Part shown: piece after piece, positions 52,569-64,000 of the stretch
How positions within the stretch are numbered: position 1 is the stretch's first letter
Layout: the number at the start of each line of letters is the position of its first letter
Assembly (NCBI GenBank): GCA_053919585.1
Contig: CM132817.1
DNA: 64,000 nt
From: Euprymna scolopes
Taxonomy: Eukaryota
Strand: one strand, 5' to 3'
Program-made: the position numbers and the translations under genes
The notes under the pieces: model-generated
The model's database searches: none
What the model was told of the DNA's origin: nothing
Seen by the model: the letters and a program-made list of their open reading frames with translations, nothing else

Positions 52569-52789
52569 CAATATAATTAGATCAATTAAAACAGAGGTAA
52601 AAGATGGAATCCGTTATGACGTTTAATCCCGCGGACTTGTGACCCCAATATTGCGCTACCAAGACTCTTGCTTTCATGTTTTGTTTGTCTGTTTGTAACT
52701 TATGAATGTGCACATTGGATGTATTGTTATAATAGGCGAATGGTTTGATAAAACTTTCATTCACCGTATATTATTTCTGGCGTCATCAA

Positions 52790-52868
<79 letters not shown>

Positions 52869-53459
52869 ACAGGTATATATCTTAATATGTAGATGTCCCA
52901 ATATAAATGTGAGCATAAATTGATTTATAATGGTTTAAAAACCAAATACCCCAACTTAGAATGGTAATTAAAAGTTTTAATCTCCATAAAATTACTCTAG
53001 ACTTTTCCCCAAACTCTATAATTATACCTACCTAGAATCATTATCCCACCCAACTATTAACCATACAATCGTCTAAAACTCGCGTTCTGCTTTTCTACTT
53101 GTTAGAAATAGCCCAATATCTCCCTGAATATTTATAAAAGTTATTATGTAACCAATTCACCTTTTTATTTATTAGCTGTACCCCCGTTCCCTCCTTTCAG
53201 TATTCCACTTATCTTATATTTCTACATAGTTTATTATATACCCTTCTCCCTCCCACACCCTTATACCATACTTTATCTTCCTTTTATATATATATTCAAC
53301 TACTTATCTTACACCTCCTATTCGTTCATTCACTTATCTTTTATTATTTACACATTTATCTATACAGAGATCCAACTATCACCCACTTATTTACTATTTA
53401 CTATTAAAATTCTCCACATATATAAGTGTGTATATATAAGAGTCTGTGTTGATGTCTGT

Positions 53460-53578
53460 CAGGGTGGCCGAAAAGTCCCAGGACACTGGCCGAAAAGTCA
53501 CAGTCGAAACATATATTTCTGGGCTGTGTTTTATCAAAAAATACATGTATAGTGTCCTGGGACTTTTCGGCCACCCTG
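53460..53578. mobile_element. 119-bp Tc1/mariner-type MITE
   Basis: Perfect 28-bp TIRs CAGGGTGGCCGAAAAGTCCCAGGACACT; TA on the right flank only. Confidence 0.85.
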
Positions 53579-55647
53579 TATTTCTGTATGTATATGTATG
53601 TATTTGTGTATAGTTGGGTTTATGTGTATATGTATTTATATGTGTGTTTGTATATGTATATGTATGGGTGTATGTACTCATGAGTCGTGTATATATGCAT
53701 AGGTATATATTTGTGCATGTATGTGTGTGTATACATGTATATGTACTTGTTTATGTAGATGTATTTATGTATATATTTATACTTATATATGTGTATGCAT
53801 ATATGGGCGTATGTATGCGTGTATGTATATGTATATCTAGATACGTGTGCGTGTGTGTATGTATGTGTATATGTCTATATATGTGATACACTTGACACCG
53901 AAAATAAGGTAAGACATAACCATTATCCAAAACACCATCTTAGGAACCCACTCCTTATATATCTAAACCTAACGGAACTACACGAACCCCTGACTCATTA
54001 TAACTTAAACACCACCTTCTTAACTTTTAACCTTTAAACCTGCACGCCCCCTATATCGGTCTAACCACATTTAAACTCTTAAATATCCTACTAACCATAT
54101 AGCTAGGAATATAGCACAACCTAATTGTGAATACGCTAGCTTAATTAAGAAGTCTTACTCCTCATATTTATATTTCTGATACATATAATTGTAACCACTA
54201 TATACATAAAACTACTTAAGGAATTATAATTGATCCCTAAACCTATTTACATCTTTACTACATTTAATTTACAATTCTTCTTCTTCTTCCTCTTATTATC
54301 TCTATTATTTTTATTATTTTTATTTTATTTTAATCTATATAACCATTTACAATTGACTCAGTATGCCCATATGTATGTGGTTCTATATCTGCATTGCTTG
54401 TGCTTTGTGTGCGTATTTGTGTATGTGCACGCTTATACCAATACCTAACCCTATTAACCCTGTTACATCTGACCGCTAATATCAGACACCCCGAACTAGC
54501 ATATTAAAGCATGTAATCACCTCAACACAGTATTCTAGGCTCCCCTCATTTATCTCTTTCTTTATCTAAACCTACCTAAACATTAGGACCTATGAGCCAT
54601 TATAACTTAATGAACACTTATACCAAGGCAACTCTATGCAGACTCCAAAATATTAAACCAACCACATGTATTGGACCATATTTTATCATAACTAACCGCG
54701 CCTAATTAATTATACCTATTTATATATCCTAATTTTATTTACTTATTATAGATATGTATATGTTTATATATGTATGTGTATCTCTGTGTATGTGTGTATA
54801 TATTTACGTGTGTATATATATATGTGTGCATGTGGGTGCATATGTGTGTATGTATATGCATATCCATGTTTTACTATATATCTATATGCATATATCTATG
54901 CATATGTATGTATATGTGTGTGTATGTGCATATATGTTTACATATATATTCACTTTAATTTCTTAAAGACCTTTGATAGTCAATGAATTTAAATAGATAT
55001 TTAAGTTCGATGTAACTCAACCTGCTTCAAAAAGGCGCATCTTAGTTACTGCAAACAACGCTCCCCCTCCCGATCTGCATGAACTCTTAACATTTCAAAA
55101 CACATTTGACACGTACACAACTCCTAAGCGCGACAGCCCAGAGCCACGTGTTGAATCACTTTCTTCTCTCCCTCTCAGTATTTATTCTTATCTCTATATT
55201 TCTTTTCCCCTATCTCCGCTCCCAAAACTCTATCCATCTTATGCCCCCTCTTTTTTATCTCCCTCGCTTTCTCTCTCCCTCTCCCTCCTCCTTTCATATA
55301 TTCCTGTGTCTGGTTGAACAGCTTAAACCCCCCTTACCCCCTACCTTCTATTGTTTATTAAATCTTAAAACTTAAAATTGAAATTCTTCCCCCATCTTTT
55401 CCTTACCTGTCTCTTTATCTCCCTCTCTCTCCCCTCCCCCTCCCTATATTTCTATCTGCGCTTAGCTGAATTTCCTAAACTCCCCCAATTCTCACAACCA
55501 TCTAATGTTTTTTAAACCTTAAAACTCAACTATTGTCGATCTCCGCCCCCCCCCCCATTTTTCTTCTTTCTTTTCCCCTTTTGTTTCGTTGTTTTCGCTT
55601 TTTTTCGTGCTTCTTCTAATATGATTTTTCCAATCATAATAACCATT

Positions 55648-55718
55648 TCTGTAAAGTCTGACGAAGTTACTGGATATTTGATACGATTCAGTAACCGAAA
55701 CATGTGTAACTAAACAGA
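55648..55718 (+). ncRNA. type I hammerhead ribozyme with intact core
   Basis: TCTGT-AA-AGT-CTGACGA-A-GTTACTGGAT(10-nt loop)ATTCAGTAAC-C-GAAAC-ATGT-GT-A-ACT-AA-ACAGA; GUA site at 55706-55708. Confidence 0.8.
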
Positions 55719-55792
55719 TAAAACGTTCATAAAAAACACATATTTGCTCTGCTATAGTATTGAGCACTTTCTTCAGGTTTTTACGAATTACC

Positions 55793-55795
<3 letters not shown>

Positions 55796-55869
<74 letters not shown>
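55796..55869. repeat. compound (CT)n(AT)n microsatellite
   Basis: Directly visible. Similar compound tract at 62118-62204 and many (TA)n tracts from 30737 onward. Confidence 0.95.
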
Positions 55870-55872
<3 letters not shown>

Positions 55873-57190
55873 AGTTTTGAAAATATATACTGAAATTTAA
55901 TTTGTATAAAATTTTCCGCGTTTCACGTGAGGATTCGTCCGTGTGTTGCATAGAATCGATGGTGGTACGCGTTTTATATATTCTAGTATACTAGGTCTTC
56001 TAGTCAGTCAATCAGATTCTTTGTTGTTTACACACTCATTTTTCGTAGCCAATGAACATCCGTTTATTAGGCAAGAGTAATTTTTATCTTTAATTTACAT
56101 GTTTCATTCTCCCTTTTGGTGGGAATCAGGTGTTTCTTTTCTCTGTATTGAGAATTGATCTAGTTTCAATCTGGATGTTTTTCATTTCCATTTTATTTTT
56201 ATACTAGTGTTTATGTATTTGTTTATTTATTCATCATTATTATAATTATGATAATCATTTTTGTTATTGTTGGTGTTACTATTATTTATTCATATTTTTT
56301 TGTGTGTTGTAATCATAACGTAAATTTTATTTTGTGTATACATAAGTTTGCTATTTAGTCTTGCAGTTCAATATACTTCTTTCAATTTTAGAATTTGTCA
56401 TTAATGTGCCGACCTGCTGTACTATTTCCCACTCAATTATTGGCGACTCTCAGCTTTCTTTGAGCTCTCAGTACTGATTCGCTAATGTTTTTATTCGGCG
56501 TTTTTCATTTTTGAATGTACTTCTTAGGTCCTAATATCTACTTTTAAATCCAGTGAGGGCATTCCTACATACTATTTTTTATTATTCTCGTTTCAACAGC
56601 AGAAAATGCGAAACGCTCTGTTGTTTGGGATCCAATAAAATAATTGCCTACAGGTAAAGTTCTCTATAAAACAACTGACTCTTTAAGCGTTTTGCAGCCA
56701 GACAGTCAGAGAGAATGTAGATATAAACCAAAGTCCACCAGGAAACAATGAATTTAATTTACTCCTCCCCACTGAAAAGGAATAAACCAGTTAGTTCCAG
56801 TTAATCAACAAATGTAAAAAAAAAGTATTATCAACGAGAGCAGAGCAGCACTACCTTTTGTTTTTGGTTTTTCTTACACATCTGTATTCATATCGATATT
56901 AGCTATTGATCACAGTCAGTTGTTCTTGTTTCGAGATTGCCAACAAAACTGACGACTGGGGTTCGAAGTTTTGTGGATGTTGCAAACACAGTGTTGCCAC
57001 AGAAAAAATGAATGGACACTCGTCGGGACATATATTGTAATCGCATCATCAGATCACACCAGTAACTATCGACATTTTATCTATGGATCAAATAAAATCT
57101 GTCCTACTATTGAATAGAACAAACGACCCGAGATATCGAGATATCGTGAAACGCAGGTGTGTACTTAAATGCGTAGAAATGTGTAGAAAC

Positions 57191-57242
57191 AAGAAGAAGA
57201 AGAAGAAGAAGAAGAAGAAGAAGAAGAAGAAGAAGAAGAAAG
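57191..57242. repeat. (AAG)n microsatellite
   Basis: About 17 perfect units. Confidence 0.97.
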
Positions 57243-59029
57243 TTGATATGCAGAAGAAGGACGTTTTTATTTTAACTACCCAAAGATGTGTACAATAGCT
57301 AGTACATTCATACATCGGCTTGTTGTCACTGTAACCTGGCGGCGGTTGCAACTTGACTGAAAGGGACGAGAGTCAGACAGGCAAATTGTCAGTGCGTGTC
57401 ACATAAACGACAAGAAAAGCACACACCGCGGCGCATAGGCACTACTACAACTACCATCTCTTCCTCTCTCTTTCTCTCTTTCCCTTTCTCTCTCTCTCTC
57501 CATTTCGTAGCTGTTAACATTTTTATCTTCATTCCGTTCGGATATCTCAGTCCGTCGTCACCTTTTTGATGACGTCGCTCCGGATCTGAATCTACATCAG
57601 TTTAACTAATAAAACTGACAAACTGGAAAAAAAAAATCTTATACAGTTAGTGCAAGGAATTACAGGAGGATACCAGTAGGAGATTAACCGCCGGCGATCA
57701 GCGCAAATAAACAGTTTTGCCGAATACACCATTCTGTAAGACAACAACGATGAGTGAAATAAGTATTTAACACTAAAAAATATTTTTTTCATTTTCTTAA
57801 ATAAAAAGATGTACAATTAACAGAAGATTGCAGAATAACAATATTTATAAAAAGACAACTTTTTTGTTAAAAAAGTAGAAATTTTATAAATAAACTAATT
57901 TCTGAGAAATAGAATATATTAATATTTTTCAAGAAAATAAAAAGAAATTATTACAGATTAATATATTCATTAGATACAATTTTGGCGATGATCGACAAAA
58001 ATCATTTAAATTAAAGACGCATTCACAAGAAATATATTTTGCAATTGTAAACAACAACAAACAACAATACAAATAATGTTATAGCACAATATTCGATGCA
58101 TAATTTTAAAATAGAGAAAAATAAAATTGCGAATTAGACAAGAAATAATATTTGTATAGCAGTTTTGTGATTTTTATATTTGAACTATAAAAGTTTTGTC
58201 ATTCTTGTATTTGAACTATAAAAGTCGAAACACTTCAACAGGAAAAGTGATCTAAACAAGAAGAATTTGTTCGCAACAGGTGAGTCTGCAAAAGTTTCAC
58301 ATACCCCTCTCTCTTTCTTTCTCTCTCTTTCTCTCTCTCTCCCCTTCTCTCTACCTCTGTGCGTTGATAGATTATGGGTGGACCCATATTTGTATTGATT
58401 CCCAATAGTCACGGGACATATTTATTATGGGGTTTTGAACTATAACACAGTGAGGATTAGTTCGTAAGCACATTAAGTAAGTATTGACACATTTTTATTT
58501 TTCTAAAGATTTTTTTTAAATGCAACAGTTTTGTTCTTTATACAACGTGAGCGCAGGAAAAGAGAAAATGTTTTTCTTTGATTTAAAACCATATTACTTA
58601 ACTTTTGCTTTATAACGTAAACAAACTTTAAAGTATACATTTCTATTCTAACAATTATAATTTTTTATGTTAAACATTTCTACTTAGATACAAAACCGCG
58701 ATTTAATGTTTAAAAAATCTTCTAACTAAATTAAAATTTGCCACTATCTTGAACTTCTCCTCCGACCAATGACAGAGCAGATACTGCACGTTGATTTCAG
58801 AGCAAAGGACAAATGATACAATATTAAAAATGGATGGCAATTGTAAGCTTTTATTGATAAACAACATTTGATCTGTGTTTATATCGTAACCCTTCGAGAT
58901 TGGAAACTTATTTTGAATTTTTAATAATTGCAAGCCATTTTTTGTTGAAATAAAAGTGTTCATGAGAAGGTCAAGTATGATGGTTTAGATGTGCTTCACA
59001 CCCAACGAAAGAAATGAAGAAAATAGTGC

Positions 59030-59030
<1 letters not shown>

Positions 59031-59082
<52 letters not shown>
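59031..59082. repeat. (AG)n microsatellite
   Basis: About 26 units. Confidence 0.97.
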
Positions 59083-59089
<7 letters not shown>

Positions 59090-59465
59090 GAGGGGGGGAA
59101 GGGAGGAAGGAAGAGAGAGAAATGAGCTTAGAAGAAATAAGAAAATTTCCCGAATGAAATGCGAGTGCTCGCACTTTTATTATTGGAAGAAACGAAGAAA
59201 TAACCTGAACTAATCTCGTATCAAAAAAAAAAAAAAAATCTGAAGAAAAAAAAATTTTTGGAGAGTTTATTTTTTTTTTTAAATCAACAGGTTTTTTTTG
59301 TAAAAAAACAGAAAACAATATTACGTAAACAAATTAATTGAAGCATAAACTACAAGAAAGCATAAATAAGAATAATGAGAAATAATTTTTTATGATGGAG
59401 TGAAGAAAGAAACTTTATGCAAAGATAAAATTAGATTTTATTATATGAAGGTGGTTATATATATG

Positions 59466-59517
<52 letters not shown>

Positions 59518-60127
59518 TATGTATATACATAGATATCAGCTTTAGTATACGTATATGTATATGTATAATATATGCATATATTAACTGTTTATCCTTTTTA
59601 CAGTGCAATTAACACGCATATACATATACGCATATAATATTAATATAATTTTAACAAACACATACTTTTATATATTGATGTTGATATACATATATAGATA
59701 TAATTTAAAGCATATATATATATATACATATATATATAAATATATATATATATATGTATATATATAGGCACTCTGTGCGTTATGTTTATTTGTATATCTA
59801 TACATACATATATGTATATATAATTTAAGGCTTATATTTACTTATTTGTTTACACATAAAATACATACACACGTATAGACATACACACACACATATATGC
59901 ATTTATATATGTGTGGGTGAACGTATGTATGTGTTTAATATGCGACATCTGCAGTGTCAATCGATCATTGAGGATATGATAGATGTAAGCCAAAATCTAC
60001 TAATATCCACGATAACTAATTAACTAAAGGATTGAATAATTTGAAAACTTGCATCTTATTAATAAGTCTATACGTATCTCTCTCTTTCACATACTCATAC
60101 ACGCGCGTGCGCATGCACACACACATG

Positions 60128-60167
<40 letters not shown>

Positions 60168-60300
60168 ATCAGTAGATGTAAGTGAGTTGCATATAACGTA
60201 ATCTCCGCAGTGTCATCTGCAGATTAAATGCAAGTCGACAACTCAATATAAGACTACACCGAAATCGTATAAGAGCAATATATAATTATTAAAATAGTAT

Positions 60301-60361
<61 letters not shown>

Positions 60362-62111
60362 AGAAGAGAGATGGGGAGGGGAAGGAGAGAAATAGAAACA
60401 TATATGTGTAAATGTACACACTGGTATATTAATGTTTATTTTAGGCTTACTACATGAAAATCAACTGGTATGAATTACATGAAAATAAACAGTAGTTTCT
60501 TCGAATTAAGACTGCCGAAATAAACACATATTTACATATATTATATATATTTATGTGTGTGTGCGTGTCCTATGCGTGTGTGTATACATGCAAAGTTCAG
60601 AACGAGTATGGACAAATGACGTTTATAAAGTATTTCAAACATTTTCGTTTTTAGCACACAATAGTACACATCTCCAAATATTCAACAAAGCTCATTAAAT
60701 TCATGAAGGTCCATCTTCCAACATTACATCGGGTTTTACTCGTATGACCTCAAACACAGGCGTAAGATGTTTTGTTGTGGTTTCGTTCTTCGTTCACTAT
60801 TCTACGTAGCAATCGAAGATGCAACACGTGGCAACAGGTAAAGCAGCATTCTTGCTACTATTATTATTACTTCTACTTGTGAAGGAGAATAAGAAAAAAA
60901 AACACCCGTTTTCTCGTTTCATCTTATTGATTTGGTCAGTTTAGATTTATTCTTCATTTATAATAGGCTGTTATCCCACTCGTTAATGTGGAGTAATAGT
61001 GTAATAACAGGTAAGAACCGTGGGTTGGGGTTCGTGTTCTGTCGATTTTACTTAATATCTTTGAGTAAAGTATGCAGCCATACATCCTCGCCCCCCTTAT
61101 TGCTTAAGTAGTAGGGTTAGCGTTTCAAGCCTGCAACTAATCTCTAAAAAGGAAACTCCGAAATAAAAACAGTATTGCTCTGTATATCCCGGCTGGGTTA
61201 TCATTCCTCTTAGGCTCGTCCTCCTGGTCACAGAACCCAATCATACTATTCCCAAAAAATGTGATAAGTAATTTCGAGACCTTGCTCGATGTAAAACGCA
61301 TGTATCACAGGTTTTTAGTGCGGCTAAAGTAACGCATATCCCAAGCCAGAGATCCAAACTAAATCCATCCAGTCGATTATTCTTACAAATAGGCCACATG
61401 ACAAGCACTGTTGGTAAATGATTTTTATGAAAACAATAGCTGTCACTAGACAGTGCTTAATTTGTATATTTACAACGATCTTTGTATTATACCTAATAGT
61501 AGAAGGTGATATCATTAACAAAAACACTCATCCCAAAAAGATGGAGCCTCATCCATACAAACCCATACGAACTCACACACATACACACACACACCCACAC
61601 ATATATATATACACATTAATATAATGATGAAATATACGTATATTTTTCAGTAGTTATCTCAACAGTGCTCACTAAATGAGTGGAGCTTTAAAGCAGTTGA
61701 AATAGGGTTATAATAATAAGGTGTACAGAAACGTTTTAGCTTCATTTCACAAAAGAATACATCTAGCCAACCACAGAAAGTAACTTAGAGGTAATAGTTT
61801 TTAAAAATTATCACTCATAGCCTCCCATTTCAGTCGATCATTGAAGTTATTTTTCCCTAAAACTTATAGCCTCCATTCTACATTTTCCGTTTGCTACAAT
61901 TTGAATTTGAAAAGTTAATTATGGCCTCTTATTACAATAGCGTTTCTATTTGGTAGATCTCCAAAACTACAGTTGATTCTATGTTTATAGTTTGGAGTAG
62001 ATTTACTTCTACACTTTTTTTTATAAATGTAGAATATTAATATCTGCAATTAATTAAACAATGGAATAAAATGAAATATTTCCTATGTTGCATACGTGCA
62101 ATAAGTATATT

Positions 62112-62205
<94 letters not shown>

Positions 62206-63613
62206 GGATGTAATTTTAACGACAGATACCAAAACCATATTGCATCATTTAACATCGTACTAGAAAAGGCATCAAATCAGAATGAGGATAAGAATTAAAA
62301 ATAATGATAGGACAAAGATAAATACTAAAATAAGAAGAGAACCACAACTGCATTAGGTGATTGGGTTAGGGAACTACGTAAGAATAAAATGTAAATAAAA
62401 ATGGTCAATTGCTGAATAAGTTAGAAAATATAAACCGAGTATATCAAAAAGATGAAAGCTATGTTTACTTGAATCATAACACATACTGAATTCTAAAAAG
62501 GAAAATTTAAACAAAAAGTTTGATGTTATACAAAGCTGTTTGCACATAAATAAATTTCTATTATCACGCCTAAAATCTGAATAAAATAAGATGCTTGATG
62601 AAAAAACAAACAAGCAAACATTAAGTAATTACAGAATATTGAAGCGAACAATTACGATAGTTTAAAATAGACTAAATCAGAATATTAGTTTGAAGCAAAC
62701 TAAATTAGAATTGAACCTAGACTGTTATAAAAATAATATTTGAACTACAAGTTGAAAATTAAATGAAGATTAATAAATACAAAAGTCAAAATACTAAAGT
62801 CAGAATACATAGAAATTTCGATAAAATTATGAATCAATAAATGTAGAAAATATTGAGTAAAGTCCTTACACCACAAAGATATACTGAATGATAGGAAATA
62901 GTAAAGATAATAAAAGATTAAGAAAATGTTTATATTAGGATAAGGATTGATATAATAAATGTAATATTTAAATTATTTTCAAAACCAGTATGGGATGAAG
63001 ATAAATCTTAATCAATATTATTTAAATAAACCGTTTAATTGAAAAACATCTACAAATTTATCGTAACGTGTAATTAAAATTTATACGAAACATAGGAAAA
63101 CTTGTGATAAGAATATTTGAACATATAAATTGAGATTAGATTGGAAGGTATAGCTTAGAATTTGTGGAATAAATCAATAAACTAAATAAATTTGAGAGAG
63201 AAAAATGATTATGAGAATTAGAAAACACATAAATAGATAAACTGAATATAAAAATAAGTAATTGTTGAGGTATCATATCAAAAGAAACTATCTTATATAT
63301 AAATGTCTTATATCAGAATCTACAGTTGATCTTTTGGTAGGGCCTTTCTGCTTGTGCAGTGATAAGATTTCTCAAAAGAACTTGTAATATTAGGTTGTAT
63401 AAACGTGTAAACTTTGGTCGAAATCGTTTTTAATCTGGGTATTTTGATATCAGACGAATTCGATACGAAACATTCGTAAGAACACACGCTGACCCATCAG
63501 CACCTTCGTGTGAAAATAAAAAATATCAGCCTATCTATTTCTGAGTCTATAGGGAACTCTTTCTCTCTCTTACACACGCAGATAAATTCCCTATATATAT
63601 ATATATATATACA

Positions 63614-64000
63614 CTAGTGAGGGGTACCCGGCGTTGCCCGGGTGTTTTTCGGTGTGTGTGGTCGGAGGTGGTTGAGGGTGTTAATAAAAGCCTAAGAATA
63701 AGCGAAGTAAAAAAAAACAGAAAAACGAACGTTAAAAACCCCTGCTTAGCGGGGGGGGAGGTACCCAGCGTTGCCCGAGTGTTTGTAGGTGTGTGTGGTT
63801 GTTAATGAAAACGTAAGAATAAGCGAAGTAAAAAATAAAACAGAAAGCGAGGGGTAACCGGGGGGGGGGCTAATCGATACATCGAAAAAAAACACAAAAA
63901 AATCTAACGTAATGATGTTAAATGTAAAATGTTAAATGTTGAAAAAACAAAAAAGAAAACAGAAAAACGAACGTTAAAACCAAAAAAAGAAAAAAAAAAA
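63614..64000 (-). mobile_element. non-autonomous Helitron-like element 3' end with internal ~137-bp tandem repeat
   Basis: The minus strand ends with hairpin ACCCGGGCAACGCCGGGT, then CTAG and T, next to (TA)n. The hairpin unit is repeated near 63762. Confidence 0.65.

Noticed and set aside
53394-54986. Several Tyr/Val/Cys-rich ORFs
   Set aside because: Translations of degenerate (GT/AT)n microsatellite.
56380-61020. Isolated splice-donor-like sites (near 56654, 58280, 60838, 61011) as exons
   Set aside because: No open coding frame or paired acceptor could be established from the sequence alone.
63451-63485. Hammerhead-like CAGACGA...GAAAC-ATTC-GTA
   Set aside because: Core is mutated and stems I and II are not convincing.

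Overview
AT-rich, repeat-dominated animal genomic DNA with three N gaps; the repeat types suggest an invertebrate, possibly a mollusc or cephalopod (inference only). No host protein-coding gene can be supported, and most ORF-track entries are artefacts of satellites and microsatellites. The window holds an L1/Tx1 LINE fragment, a 24-bp satellite with a 192-bp higher-order repeat, and about 14 kb of an 84-bp satellite interrupted by an 894-bp insertion and a full-length decayed Ty3/Gypsy element. It also holds an RTE LINE 3' end, a solo LTR, a second very decayed Gypsy, a Penelope-like element with inverted terminal repeats, MITE and Helitron ends, and about ten hammerhead-ribozyme-like motifs. 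Two signals stand out. (1) Both Gypsy elements lack a canonical TGG primer-binding site; each has AGCTATTTCGGC right after the LTR's terminal CA, the exact reverse complement of the first 12 nt of metazoan tRNA-Phe, which suggests priming by a 5' tRNA fragment. (2) A roughly 560-bp element consists of two TGT...ACA direct repeats, each fusing a tRNA-Ala-like Pol III head to a minimal hammerhead ribozyme (TRIM/retrozyme-like).
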